64,000 nt of DNA from Octopus vulgaris (GCA_951406725.2 OX597837.1:44888001-44952000); one strand, 5' to 3'. Shown: positions 44,137 through 60,093, numbered from the stretch's first letter. The notes: a model not told the origin generated them from the sequence alone. Made by a program: numbers and translations.

Positions 44137-46146
44137 TGTATAGATATATATATATATATATATATGTGTATATATATATATATATAGGCACGCACGCACA
44201 CACACACATATAGATATATGTATATGTATATGTATGTATTTGTGTGTGTGTATGTGTGACTGTTCGCTATACAAAAGGAGAGAACTTTGCAAGAAAATTC
44301 TTTAGTTCTCTGAATCGTTAATCCTACTCAACGAACACATTCGCTCTACAGACTTGCCCACCATACACACACACACACACACACATATTTATATATACAC
44401 GCGAACGCACACACAAAGAAACAGATGCGCACGCACGTATACATGCACACACAAGCACACACAAGCACACACGCATAAACACAAACACACATACTCGCGA
44501 GCGCACAATCTGTACTTAATGAATAACGAATGCTCTGTTAGTAGAGAGTTTTGAAATCTCTAGTTACTAAGACATTGTGCAATTCCGTTATTCCCTTAAT
44601 TCGTCCATTACCGTTACAGTGGTCTACTCTCGAAAATACCACCTTTGGCCCTGAAGCATAAAACGAACGGAAGAATGAAATAATATCCCTTAAAAAGTAA
44701 TACATCTCTCTCTGTTCTCTTGTTAGCCACCTAGTACTGAATCTCAGCTCACTAATTGATGAAGAACTATTGACCGAAGCGTTTTAGGCTTCTTTTTCTT
44801 CTATTAACCCCATTCAATATATTCCACTACCTGTATTATTTAGGTGTTTCAACCCAGTCATTTGCTTACAAAGATCACGTGTCTCATACTTTAGTTGTAC
44901 CGAATACTTTGCCTGAAATGTTATTTCATCAGAATTTCATTCCTTTGTAACCGATTTTCTCCCTAACGTATCTCCTATAACCGATCTTCAGTAATTCAAG
45001 TTGAATATTAATTTATCTCCAAGAGATCATCGTGTACTGAAACTGAGGCAATTACATTCTGGAAGTCGAAGTCACTTCAGCCATTTTGCAACACACAAAC
45101 GCGGTTATCTTCATTCATTTTCCCCGTTTATTTCTTAATCTGTCTGCAATTTTGTTACTCTTCTGCGATATGATCACTAAAATAATTCCACTGTATCTCG
45201 TTAATCTATCTCGGTCTCCTCTTAACGAGGTTTTTAAAACGTTATTTTTATTATACTGTTTAATATCAATTTAAGTAAAGGTGGCCATGTTTTATCACGG
45301 AGCCACTTAAACGAATACAGTCAACTAATTCAGAAACACTTCTGCACAAATATAGACCCAATGTCGTCTCCTAAATGAACTCTTCCTGCTCTCTGACTTT
45401 TCTACTGATACTATTAAGTTATGGAGTCCTTTGACCAAACACACTATATACCACATCTATCTATGTTCATATTGGACACACTCGTATATTTCCCTTTGTC
45501 ATCCCATCTTCAATTTCTTATTCACAGATCAAATACTAACCAGGTTTCTTTTCCCCAATTTACATTCTCATTTCTGTACACCTCTGAAAACATTTCCTCT
45601 CACCCATATTTCCCCTGCAAACGTCAACTTATTTCATTCAGACTGAATATCAAACTGGGGAAGACAAAACAAGTCCTGACCATTTACGCTCCTTCGCACA
45701 TTAGCTTTCACTGAAGTCCTTCTGCTAAATATTGCTTTCTAACGAAAGCGAAAATTTGCTTACAAAAATTACGGATCTCATATTTTAGTTGTATTTAATC
45801 TAATTGATTTTGGTGTATTTGAAATCAGCATGTAAACAGCCGGAACAAATACCGGAAGTTATTTTGTCCAATGTTTTAAAGATTCAGCCAACCCAGGACC
45901 TCCCCCACGCTAATAGTTTATAACATTGGCACTGGACCAACAAGTTGCTAGGAGGCGGTTAGTCGATTAATTCTCAGTCGCGTGTTTTCTTTATATAAAT
46001 CGCCCGATCTTGTTAGAGACAAGAGATTGAGAGGAAATGCGGTTAATCGAGCATAAAAGTCATAATGTAACTATTGCATGAATACGGATAAAATTTACTG
46101 ATACAATGCAGCGGTCGTCGGTGTACGTGGTGAACCTGGTTTTTAC

Positions 46147-46283
46147 CTGTTGTTGATTTTTACCTGTTGTCGTGTCACATGACAAAATCTGTTGATTTTT
46201 ACCTGTTGTCGTGTCACACGACAAAACCTGTTGATTTTTACCTGTGGTCGTGTCACATGACAAAATCTGTTGATTTTTACCTG
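46147..46283. repeat. 39 bp tandem repeat, about 3.5 copies
   Basis: Unit TGTTGATTTTTACCTGT(T/G)GTCGTGTCACATGACAAAATC. Confidence 0.92.
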
Positions 46284-47138
46284 TGGTCGTGTCACATGAC
46301 AAAGTAATCACGTTGAATACAGTCACGTTTATTGCATGCGTTTTCACATTTATTCACAAAATATCGATTCCTAGGCATTTAATTCCTAATTGAATCATAA
46401 ATAAATAATAAATAGATCGTTGCTAAATGATATCTCCAAATTCTAACTGACTAATTGAAGTATTAACCGCCATTAGCCTTGAAAATCAAAGGAAGAAAAA
46501 AATATGGAGGGCTTTACTTGATGAAGCGCAGAAATACATGGGGAAAACTGAAAGTGTTTTAGCAGAAAATTCTTTCTAAAATGAGACTAATGTTGGTTTC
46601 TGGCAGAGAAAAATGCTTAGTTCTAGTTAGCGAGCTCCAAATAACTGTAGTATTTTAATTACAGTTCCACGCGGTTCAAGATTTGGTGACAACTGCAGAC
46701 ATCTGCGAAATGGTTGAGGAATACGATACTTCATCGACTTTGGACGGATGAAAGGATAAATTGACCTTTCAGCGGAAAGTGAATACACAATTTTAAGAGT
46801 AGAAATACAGAATGTGATACGATATTTTGTCTGATACTAACGATTATATCAATTCATGAACTGTCCTCAGATGCTCAATTTGTTTTCAATTTTCGCACAG
46901 GGCCAGCAATTTTAAGGTTGGGGTAAATCAGTTCCTCAACCCCCTCCTTCTGCTCAGTAGGTACTTATTTGATCGACTCCCAAAAGAATGAAGAGCAAAT
47001 TCGACCACGGTGGGGTGGGATTTGAATTCAGAACATAAAGAACCGGACGAATATACTTAAACATTTTGTCCGTGACGCAATCGATTCTGCTTGTTCGCTG
47101 CCTGATGCTAAATAACAACACTGACTCTAAATAATACC

Positions 47139-47420
47139 ATGAGTAATCGCTTTCATCACCAAATTTTCCGACCGACTATTTCTGACTTGAGGCCGACTGT
47201 CAAAGTTTTCGACACGTTAGATAATATCAAACATTCATACAACACTTGGTGTGACAATCTGCTTTCAAAGTTTCCGATTATATCTGGTGTGAGAAACGGC
47301 TGTCAAAGATTCCTCCTGCCTATAAAGTATTTACAACTTTAGCAATATAGATGACAAACTTTCGAATGTAATATTAGCTTACTGTGCATTCCGATGCATC
47401 AGTATTATGTAAAATTCTTG
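47139..47420 (+). mobile_element. Decayed reverse-transcriptase fragment
   Basis: KFPIISGVRNGC resembles the RT motif F.I..GVRQGC. Confidence 0.45.
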
Positions 47421-47848
47421 GCTACAGTTGATGCGTCATTTTAATACATTTCTGGGTCTGATTTCAGTAAAAGCCAACACGAAAGTACATCATAGCTCCT
47501 TTTCGATAAGTAGTTTAGCACTTGTCAACAAGCCTTGTATGATGGTGCTAGATATATCTTTTGGCGCTGTTTCGGCATAGCTTCCACTTAGAATACCAAC
47601 ACAAAATCCAGGCCATGCTGGATTTATCCAGATCAATGTAAGAAATCCTACATAAAATCTTACCTGTTTAAAATTTTACCTGATGATGATGTATCACGTG
47701 TTATGATGTAATCTTCTATGAATGCATTAATAAAATTCTACCAAAATCATACTAAATTTTAAACACCATTTATATTTACTATATATAGATATATATATGA
47801 AAAAACAAGTCAAGATAGAAAATGCTAAAATAATTTTATAAAGAACAT

Positions 47849-47890
47849 TTCAGTACCGGTTTCGTCATTTTGAGACCTTTTCAACTGTAA
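47849..47890 (-). ncRNA. Degenerate minimal hammerhead-like motif
   Basis: Minus strand TTACAG-TTGAAAA-G-GTC tcaaaat GAC-GAA-ACCGGT-A-CTGAAA; lies in a segment flanked by (TA)n. Confidence 0.5.
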
Positions 47891-48013
47891 CGATTAAATA
47901 ATTAAATTTCGAAAAATTAAAAGAAAAGTTTTTTAAAGGAATATTTGTATAGTGTTCAAATATAAGTGGCATTTTCCTTGTTTCTGCCTTTCTGTGTCTC
48001 TCTTGTTTGCACT

Positions 48014-48064
<51 letters not shown>

Positions 48065-48327
48065 CTGTCAGAATTGTGGGAGCGTCGGATCTGTGGTGCT
48101 TCACAGAATTGGCGTTACGCCCTTTTTAATGATGATTATGTGATTTGGAGCTTTTCCTGTCCTGTAATTTACCAAATGGGCGAAAGAAATCGATAGAATA
48201 AGTACCATACTTAAGGACAAAAGAGCAGAAACGTACTGGGGCGTTTTGTTTCGACTAAAACCCCAGCATGGGCACCGTTGAATAACTGATTCACGTAAAA
48301 GATAAAGATAGCTACCGTCTTCGACAT

Positions 48328-48980
48328 TCCCTCTTCATCTTCCCTCATTCCTCCTCTTGCTCCTCATTTCCCATCATTCTTCATTCTATTCCCCATCTCC
48401 CCTCATTCTTCGTTCTGATCTTCACCTTCCCTCATTCTTTATTCTATTCCTCCTCCTGCTCCTCATCTTCCCTGATTCCTCGTTCTGTTTGTCATCTCCC
48501 CCGTCATTTCTCATCATTCTTCGTTCTGCTCTTCATCTTTTTCTCATTCCTCGTTCTGCTCCTCATTTCCCATCATTCTTCGTTCTTTTCCTCATCTTCC
48601 ACTCATTCCTCCTCCTGCTCCTCATCTTCCTTCGTCCCTCCTCCTGTTCCCCATCTTCCCTCATTCTTCATTCTATTCCTCATCTCCCCCCATTCCTCGT
48701 TCTCCTCCTCATTTCCCCTCATTCCTCGTTCAGCTCCTCTTCTTCCCTCATTCTTCATTCTGCTCCTCATCTCCCTTCCTTCCTCCTCCTGCTCCTTATC
48801 TTCCTTCGTTCCTCATTCTGCTCCTCATCTTTCCTCATTCCTCGCTCTGTTCCTCATCTTCCATCATTCCCCCTCCTGCTCATCATCTTCCTTCCTTCCT
48901 CGGTCTGCTCCTCATCTTCCCATCATTCTTCGCCCTGCTCTTCACATTTTTCTCATCCCTCCTTCTCCTCTTTCCCTTCC
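48328..48980. repeat. Pyrimidine-rich ~29 bp minisatellite
   Basis: Unit approximately CTCCTCATCTTCCCTCATTCCTCGTTCTG, about 20 diverged copies. Confidence 0.88.
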
Positions 48981-49474
48981 CATTACAACCAATCCACATC
49001 AATCCACATCCAACCGCGGATGCGTGTATCTACGCATTGTGACCTGCTTCTTCATTTCCCCTCTTCATATCCTTCAGCTCATCCGTCGTCCACCATTCAT
49101 TAATTCCTGCTTCATACCTTATTAGCGATCCTACCCTCAGGTCCATTGCATACATACTTCCTGCATTCAATTTGGATTATGAAATTCGCATTTTGCGAAA
49201 ATATTCTTTTGTAAAGTCTTCGTTCAGTTGTAAAATTTAGAATTTTTCGCTTTCTACTATTCTCATGAATTATTCATGTTTCTTCCCCCATTCAATTAGT
49301 TCATATTTCTCATCATTAACTAGATATATTCCAATACTTTCTTCCGTGGATTATCATCGATTAATTTCCACCATAAACATATTTCTCGAATCCGAATGTC
49401 ACCCTTATGTCGTTACCAAATATTTCTTACCTTTTTTTCTTTTTGCATTAAGGATATCAGCTGGTTATTATTAC

Positions 49475-49544
<70 letters not shown>

Positions 49545-49557
49545 GTTATTATTATTA

Positions 49558-49603
<46 letters not shown>

Positions 49604-49623
49604 TGTTATTATTATTATTATTA

Positions 49624-49679
<56 letters not shown>

Positions 49680-49827
49680 GTTATTGTTATTATTAATTCC
49701 GCCGTGGTCGACTTTGCCTTTGATCCTTTCGGGGTCGATATAATCGACTTAATCCCTTCCCCGAAATTTGAGGTCTTGTGCTTCCAGTAGAAATGACTAT
49801 CCTTCTCCTCCTCCTCCTCCTCCTCCT

Positions 49828-49863
<36 letters not shown>

Positions 49864-49979
49864 TATCATTATTATCATTATCATTATTATTATCATCATT
49901 ATTATTATTATTATTATTATTATCATTTATATTATTATTATTATTATTATTATTACTATTGTTATTATTATTATTATTA

Positions 49980-50013
<34 letters not shown>

Positions 50014-50015
50014 CA

Positions 50016-50064
<49 letters not shown>

Positions 50065-50581
50065 CATTATTATTATTGAGGATAGATCATTCAGTTGATC
50101 GAACAACTTGATCCATGTCGTCGATCAGTGCATCCGCCTGGTTCCGGGATCGGCTTCAATTCACCGCAACTTGGACAAGTGTCTTCTACTGTAGCCTCAG
50201 ATAGACATGTGCCCTGTGAGTAACAATGGTAGATGGAAACTGTGTGGAATCCCGTTGTATATATGTTTATACGATTGTGTGTCTCTCCTTGATAGGAGGT
50301 GGTGATTTACTTATGATCTCGTAACTTAGGAATTCGGCAAAAGAGATGAATAAAATATGTACTCAATATAACAATAAGTACCGTCGTCGATTTTTTCGAC
50401 TAAAACTTTCAAGGAGGTGCCCCAGCATGGCCACAGCTCAATGGTCAAAACATGTAATATATACATATAATGTAGATATACATACATATATATATAAGCA
50501 TGTATACATGTGTATATATATGTATATACGTATATGTATATCTATATATATATATATATATATGTACATATATTTATATGT

Positions 50582-50631
<50 letters not shown>

Positions 50632-50688
50632 GCATACATGCGTACTTACAAACGTACATGTATATATATATATATATATGTATACATG

Positions 50689-50753
<65 letters not shown>

Positions 50754-51202
50754 ATGCATATGTATATATATATATATATATGTGTGTCTGTGTGTGTGCG
50801 TGTGTATACATACATACATATGTAGGGCAATGCTATTGTGTTTCTGCTAACCCAGCTCCCCCTCTCCGAACCAATAATAGTTAAACGTCATTGGCCGGGC
50901 AAGTTTCCAACGGTGTTATCCATTAAACCACATTGGTTCACTATTAATAACTCTGCTAAAACTACACGGAGATCATCACTAATGATTTCCACTTCAGACA
51001 AAAATAAATATATCTGAAAACACTTCCATCATTATATGAACTAATTTCGTTGTAGCTGCAGTAGTATTTGTAGTAGTTATATTATTAATGATGGTTGTTT
51101 AGCCCCTTGTTGGTCCTGATGAAGCAGTTTCTTTCAAAGGCGTTGCAGGGCATTGCATGTTTGTATAGCTACGACTGTATTGTTTAATGTCTCTCATCTT
51201 GA

Positions 51203-52090
51203 AGGCGGAGAGCTGGCAGAAACGTTAGCACGCCGGGCGAAATGCCAAGCGGTATTTGGTCTGTCGCTACGTTGTGAGTGCAAATTCCGCCGAGTTCAAC
51301 TTTGTCTTTCATCCTTTTGGGGTCGATAAATTAAGTACCAGTTACGCACTAGGGGTCGATATAATCGACTTAATCTGTTTGTCTGTCCTTGTTTGGTCCC
51401 TCTGTGTTTAACCCCTTTTGGGTAGTAAAGAAATAGGTATTTCGTCTGTTTAAGGCGGCGAGCTGGCAGACACGTTAGCACGCCGGGCGAAATGCTTAGC
51501 GGTATTTCGTCCGTCGCTACGTTCTGAGTTCAAATTCCGCCGAGGTCGACTTTGTCTTTCATCCTTTTGGGGTCGATAAATTAAGTACGAGTTACGCACT
51601 GGGGTCGATATAATCGACTTAATCCGTTTGTCAGTCCTTGTTTGTCCCCTTGTGGGTAGTAAAGAAATAGGTATTTCGTCTGTTTAAGGCGGCGAGCTGG
51701 CAGAAACGTTAGCATGCCGGGCGAAATGCTGAGCGGTATTTCGTCTGCCGCTACGTTCTGAGTTCAAATTCCGCCGAGGTCGACTTTGCCTTTCATCCTT
51801 TCGGGGTCGATTAAATAAGTACCAGTTACGCACTGGGGTCGATATGATCGAAATAATCCCTTTGTCTGTCCTTGTTTGTCCCCTCTGTGTTTAGCCCCTT
51901 GTGGGTAGTAAAGAAATAGGTCATTCGTCTGTCTTTACGTTCTGAGTTCAAATTCCGCCGAGGTCGACTTTGCCTTTCATCCTTTCGAGGTCGATAATTT
52001 AAGTACCAGTTGCGTACTGGGGTCGATCTAATCGACTGGAATCCTCCCCCCCTAAAATTTCGGACCGTGTGCCTAGAGTACAAAAGAATA
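51203..52090 (+). mobile_element. Head-to-tail tandem array of SINE family A (three units plus a headless fourth)
   Basis: Heads at about 51203, 51453 and 51687; junction AATAGGTATTTCGTCTGTTT|AAGGCGGCGAG occurs twice. Confidence 0.92.
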
Positions 52091-52416
52091 TCATGATGGA
52101 GTACGGCCATACAAGATTTTGCATTATCGTAATATTCGTACTTTATCAGAGGACAAAGACCTTTTCGACTTCTTTGGTGTTATTGGCGATATTTGCAGAC
52201 ATAAAGACGTGAAAGAGAGGAAACTGCTGAAGATAATGGCCGATGGATATTCTTGCTGACGCAGCTTCACGAAGCAGATGCGGTAGCTTGAAGGAGGAAA
52301 AAAAGAGCGGCAGAAAAATGATTATGATGAGGAGGAGGAAGAGGAGGAGGAGGAGGAGAATAATAATAGTGATAATAATAATAATAATAATAACAATAAT
52401 GATAACAATAATAATA

Positions 52417-52512
<96 letters not shown>

Positions 52513-52526
52513 TAATAATAATAATA

Positions 52527-53236
<710 letters not shown>

Positions 53237-53260
53237 AATAATAATAATAATAATATTAAT

Positions 53261-53303
<43 letters not shown>

Positions 53304-53306
53304 GTG

Positions 53307-53367
<61 letters not shown>

Positions 53368-53450
53368 TAATAATAATAATAATATTAATAATAATAATAA
53401 TAATAATCTTGGAGCCAACTTGTACAGACATAAAGCAAAAGTCAAACATA

Positions 53451-53559
<109 letters not shown>

Positions 53560-53933
53560 AAGAAGAAGAAGAAGAAGAAGAAGAAGAAATGATGGAACGT
53601 TACTCGTTCTTAATGAGAGCTGGTTATATGTCTTGCCAATTAAATGCGATATGTGAAAGGATAACATATTAACTGATTTAGTATTTTGTAGCAGCGAGTG
53701 GTAGTAATAACAATGTAGTACGAAGAATCATCAGCGGGATATTCTTTAATGCGTGATGAATTTTCTTGATTAACCAAATAATCTACCAAAGATGTATTTC
53801 GACATTTTCAGGTGAACGACCCATCCTTGAGTCTGTGCGTGTGCTTGTGTGTACATCGGTATATATACACACAAGCACATATATCTATCTATCTGTCTAT
53901 CTATTTATCTATCTATCTATCTATCGATCTATC

Positions 53934-53986
<53 letters not shown>

Positions 53987-53989
<3 letters not shown>

Positions 53990-54090
53990 TAATCCAAACA
54001 AGAAAACACAGAAACAAAGAGAAAAAAACACAGCAACGCAGGACGTGGAACAATTAAAGTATTATTGACGCTCAGGAAAGAAGGGAAGGA

Positions 54091-54096
<6 letters not shown>
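53987..54096 (-). mobile_element. 5'-truncated Penelope-like subfamily 2 copy in (TA)n
   Basis: Matches 31308-31410 and stops there. Confidence 0.8.
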
Positions 54097-54140
<44 letters not shown>

Positions 54141-54409
54141 TTATGTATGGATATATTAATACACACAAACACACAAACATATGTATGCATTTCTGTTTGT
54201 GTGTGTTTGTATATAGATACGCATACTTGTTCATACAACGATACATGCATATACACATACATACAGCGGGAATAATTGTATGTCGCTATATATATATATA
54301 TAAGATTACCATATTAGTATGGCGATAACTATTAATTTCCAGTAACGCTGCCGTAATCTCCTTTAGAGAAATTTCGTAATTTTAATATTTCTAATATATA
54401 TATATGTTT

Positions 54410-54556
54410 CTATCCTTGTTTTTTTTGTGTTCCTTTCTGTAGAAGAGCGTAGGTTGGAAACGTAAAATACTTTTTCTATTCCTGAGCGTTATACTAATAC
54501 ATCTGTTTGTTTTCTACACCTCCTGTCTTCCTCTTTTGTTTTTTCGTGAACTCTCC

Positions 54557-54559
<3 letters not shown>
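54410..54559 (+). mobile_element. Penelope-like subfamily 1 copy with hammerhead-like motif at 54433-54468
   Basis: CTTT-CTGTAGA-A-GAGC gtag GTTG-GAAACGTA; ends GAACTCTCCCC-(TA)n. Confidence 0.7.
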
Positions 54560-54635
<76 letters not shown>

Positions 54636-54636
54636 T

Positions 54637-54671
<35 letters not shown>

Positions 54672-55252
54672 TATTTATATTCATATTTATGTATGTACAC
54701 GCACAAACGTGTATATATATATACACACACACATATATATATACATATACACATACATAGTATATATGTATGTATGTATATATATATGTATGTATGTATG
54801 TATATGTATGTATGTAACGCATTAAGGAGTACTTGTTTCCCTTGTAACATTTTTTTACCCAACATGAAGAACCGGAAGACTTCTACAATAACAACTCGAA
54901 TATGTGCTGGCCATACCAGTCTGCGAGAATGTGAGATTAGAAGGAAATCGTTAGCGCTACGCGTATATTTAGCAAGGTATTATTTCAAGATACATTTCCT
55001 TTGATCTTCCAACAGCACAATTTTTCTATTATCGATGTTTTTGATGTTGCAATTAAAATCATTTGTGTCATGGCGGTGCTTCAACAGATTATCTTTGATC
55101 TTTTATATCTGTTTTTTATTTGTTTCAATTACCGAAATGCGGCCATGCCGGAGCACCGCCTTGAAATATATAGCCGAACAAATCGACTCCTGTACTTATT
55201 CTCATATGCCGAAGAACTAATTTACAGGAACGTAAACAAACCGGCACCGGTG

Positions 55253-55465
55253 GAATTCTGTTTTATGCACGCCATATAGCTGCTCGTGATATTTTTCATT
55301 TTGGGGAATTTTCAGAAACTTTTTGAGAAATTGGTTTCTACACAATTCGTAAAATTTACCAAAAAATTCTGTTTCTCGTGTGTAGAATTTTGCAAGAATT
55401 TTCTGAGAATTCCAAAACATAAAAATAATGATGAGGGTTTGTATGGTGTGCTTAAAGCAGAGTTC
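55253..55465. mobile_element. Foldback MITE inserted in a minus-strand SINE B (about 55115-55640)
   Basis: GAATTCTGTTTTATGCACGCCATATA versus TGTATGGTGTGCTTAAAGCAGAGTTC; symmetry continues inward; CACCGGT on both flanks. Confidence 0.75.
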
Positions 55466-55808
55466 TGCCCAAACACCGGTTTTCAAGAGATGTGGAGGCG
55501 ACAAACACAAAGATACACGCACACATATATTTATATATTTATGTTCGAAGGGCTTCCACACAATTTCTCTCTGATTCACTCACAGTGCGTTGGTCGACTA
55601 GGGACTATGGTAAAAGATTCTTGCCCAAAGTTTCACCCACTGGAACTGCTTCTTCTTCTTCCAGACACTGCAAGTGAAATAAAAGGAAAATGCAAATGTG
55701 TGTGTGTGGGTATATGCATGTCTGTATGTAAAGGGGTGTATATGAATTTATGTATAGAATTTTAGACATATACATGCATGTCCAAATATGTTAATTGTTC
55801 AAGAACAC

Positions 55809-55843
<35 letters not shown>

Positions 55844-55882
55844 TGGATAGATGGATGGATGGATGGATGGACGGATGGATTG

Positions 55883-55929
<47 letters not shown>

Positions 55930-56303
55930 TATATATACATACACGCTTGTATATATGTTTGTGTGTATGTATGTATGATGATGTGTGTGTGTGGTTTTAT
56001 GTGTATAATCTCGTTTATATATGAATTTATTTGCAGGTGAAGAAACAGTGAGAGAGGAAGTAAGGTGACGTACACAATTGTGTGTGTGTGTATGTGAGCA
56101 TTTGTGTGTGTTTATATGTCTATATATATATTTGTGTGTGTGCATGCGTGTATGTGTTTATGCATATATATACATATATTCAGTTTATATGTATATATAC
56201 ATACATAAACACACACAAATAATATATATATATATATATATATATTTGTGTCGTCTTCTAAATGTTTCACGTTCTTGTCCCAGTTTGTATATTTTTTTAC
56301 TTT

Positions 56304-56350
<47 letters not shown>

Positions 56351-56660
56351 GGAAGTACAACCGATACCGATATTGAACTAGCGCACTACTGAGTGACACA
56401 ATGTTCCATAAAATGTACGAGTTCTTGTATTCTCAAAACATCGATCGATTAATCAATCGAACAATTAATCAATCAATCACCCCCACGGTATCTCTCTCCA
56501 TTCTATGCCCACACATGCATACAACTATGTGTATGTGCGTTGATTTTCCTCAAATATTTATCTGCATATAGATCAGGCTGTTTGGCTATCCATCTATCAA
56601 TCAACATACCTGTTTTTCGAATTTATTCTTCTATTGATATCAAGCTTTCACAGTCTATCG

Positions 56661-56701
<41 letters not shown>

Positions 56702-58272
56702 CATAAATAGATGCATACATATATACGTCCAATAATTGCCCATGGTGACTTACCATTTAAAACTCCGACTTGTACTGTGCCTGTTGAAGCCTCCAAGCCA
56801 CGGATGGCTATAAGCGGTTTATCATTGAGCAGGTACATGAAGAGTTGAAAGAAAGAATGAACAGGCGAACAACTCGTATCAGTTTAAAGCATGCAATTTA
56901 TATATTTGTTACACTAGAGTTCCTTTAAAATGGCTTTATTCTTTATATTTAAAAACTGGGTCTTCTACCTTGGATGCTAAATCTTTAGGCTTTCTTGCTA
57001 GCACGTTCTACGTAGCACATTTCTCATATTATTATGCGTCTCCTTGGTGATTCCACCTGTGCAAGCGGCGCAAATGTTGCATCTGTACTTAACCCCTACT
57101 CATACTGACGGAACCGGATTAAGAACAAGGGCTTCACATTCTATTTGAGTTTTTGCTTTCGTCTCATCCTATGTTTAAAGTGTCACATCCACTATCTCTT
57201 GTCTTTTTGTCACTCTCCCTTTCTCTCTCTCTCTTTCTATCACTTTCTCTCTCTCCCTCTCTCTTTCCTTTATGATACAGAAGAGTGTGTGCATGTGTAT
57301 TTGTGGGTCATCGTGGGCATGGAAAAGGTACGCACACACAAACCCGTATGCGTATGCATGTGTGTATGAAATAGAACGGGATAGTGTGTATGCATGTATC
57401 TGCATGGATATGTGTAAGTAGGAAAGACATGCACACGCACATATGCATGTATGATATTACGTGGGTCTCTGTGTGAAAGAGTGTGGGTATGTGTGTAGGA
57501 AAACGAGCATGGATGACGTATATTTTACTTATATCTGCAGGGGTTCCACCTCTTGCTCGAATGGAACAAGAAAAGCTACAGCTTTCCGTAAAGTAGAAAT
57601 ACATTACTTGTCTCTTCCCACCGGTTCGATGATTGATTGCGGAAGGTTGACGCAATCCGAGGGGCAAAATATTTCCAGGCTTTCGGCCTTTCAGCAAAAC
57701 ATTCTCAAGAGAGGAGTTTTCTTTTGCTTTTTACATATTTAGAAAGCAAGTCAGTGAAAAACATCTCTTCGCCATTCATCTTCACGCCCACATCATTACG
57801 CGCATGCCTAGCATTGTTTTGTTCTTGTTGTTGTTGTTATCATCAAACACATTATTTATTAAACCGTATTTTTTTTTTTGCTGGTGTATTATTCTTCCAT
57901 TTTTTTTATTCGTCGTTTGTGTTGCGTCTAATTAATATGTTTTCATTCAATTGTTTTCGTGTTCTTGTTTGGTGGTTGATTTTATTTTGTTGATTGTAGT
58001 CTTTGTGAGAGGTGAATTCGTGGAAGGAAGCCATTTTAAATTAACGTTAGGCAAGAGAATAAAATTAGTTTCAAAAAGCCTGCATTGTCGTCTGCTCACC
58101 TGGAGTAAATCTTTCAAACTGTTCAATATTGATACTTCTTACTCTTTTACTCTTTTATTTGTTTCAGTCGTTTGACTGCGGTCATGCTGGAACACCACCT
58201 TAGGATATAAAATCTAAAATAACAATTACCTCCTACACTTGCACTTGGAAACGAAAGACCGAGCAAGTAACC

Positions 58273-58320
<48 letters not shown>

Positions 58321-58324
<4 letters not shown>

Positions 58325-58665
58325 GCCCTAATGCAGTACCAGACAGTGGCTCTCATGGCTTCTGATCTTAACTGATTGGAAGTTTTATCATGTACATTGT
58401 TTTGTCTTGGTATAAAAGATGGGCTACAGCAAATATTCTGCACAATGCCACAGATTTGCTTGTCAGTTTTTTGAGACCTTAACCAGTTGAGCATGTTCCT
58501 TAGCGACTGTCGATATGTGCATCTCTGATCACGAGCAGAAGTAGTGGGGGAGCATCATAGCCATATGTTGAGAGTAATTCTTTGGGGTTTTAATAATTCA
58601 CCTGTAGAAACATGGGTGGTTCGTTCAATATCCTTAAGCAATTCTTATTCAAGGACCTTCTGAGC
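58321..58665. mobile_element. Second copy of the (AAT)n-associated non-coding element
   Basis: Starts directly after (AAT)n; matches the first ~310 bp of 25881-26381. Confidence 0.8.
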
Positions 58666-59892
58666 TTGCTAACGTTTCTGCCAGCTCGCCGCCGACCGCC
58701 AGCTTCCTCACCATCATTCCTCCAGCACCACCACCACCACCACTACTACCACCACCGCTCTCACCACCATCATCATCATCGTCTCCACCACCACCGTCAC
58801 TGTCATCATCATCATTGTCATCATCATCATCATCATCTTTATCACTATCGCCAGCTTCGACATCATCAACATTCTACCACCACCACTCTTATTTCCACCA
58901 TCACAACCACCACCACCACCATCTTCCTCATTATCATCGTCGTCGTCGTCCCGTCATCATCAACAGCACCAGTCGTAGCATCACCAACAGCATTGCCAGC
59001 AGCAACGTTAATGTGCAGACGTTGTTGTAATGTTGGCGAATGCTAAAATATTTTTTTATTGTATTTTCGTTTATCCTAACTTTGTGATGAGTTCAAATCC
59101 CAGGAGAGCCGACTTTTTTTTTAATCTTATTAAGGGACCGAAAAGATAATTAATCGTAGTCATCTACGTGTATATGTATGAAGGACTATATATATGCCTT
59201 TCTGTGTATGGCTGTGTGGAAATGTTTGCTTGTGTGTGTATGGGTGTAACTGTGTAGATTTAAGAATGTATGTGTGCAAGTGTCTGTATGTATGCGTAGT
59301 AGGTGTATACGCAGGCAAATATATGCGTGTGTGTGTGTGTGTGTGTCCGACTGGATGTATGCATATGTATAATGCGTGTGTGTGTGTGTGCATGAGCGGG
59401 GATTTGTGTATGACTGTCTGTGTCTATGTATACATGTGTGTATGTATATCTGCCAGAGTGGGTATGAGTATGCTGACATGTGGCCGTGTGTGAATGTAAA
59501 TGCGTGTATATAGGCTATTTATATAATTGCATGTGTGTATCCACATGTATATTATGTACATGTGTTTATATACACAGACACACACTCACACAAACACACA
59601 CATGTATAAACACATATACATGTATGTGCATATATATATGTGTGTGTATATGTTCTGTGTATAAATATTTGTATGTGCACATGTGTATTTATGTGTATAT
59701 GCGTCTATGTGCGTATATCTGTACGTGTGCATGTGTATTCATGTGTGTGTGTATTTGTGTGTATATATCTGTATGAGCGCATGCATATTTATATGCACTT
59801 GAATCTACGTTCATATATCTGGATGCGTGTGCATGTATGTGTATATGCCTGTATGATGATGCGTGTATGTGTCTGTGTGTGTGTGTATATCG

Positions 59893-59931
<39 letters not shown>

Positions 59932-59953
59932 CATGTATTTATGTATGTGTGTA

Positions 59954-60000
<47 letters not shown>

Positions 60001-60028
60001 GTGTGCATGTATTATGTGTGTGTGTGTA

Positions 60029-60093
<65 letters not shown>

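Noticed and set aside
46147-46283. CRISPR-like array or repeat protein (ILSCDTTTGKNQQ)
   Set aside because: No unique spacers and a eukaryotic context; a simple tandem duplication.
48357-49103. 248 aa ORF
   Set aside because: Product of a pyrimidine-rich 29 bp minisatellite whose unit is not a multiple of 3.
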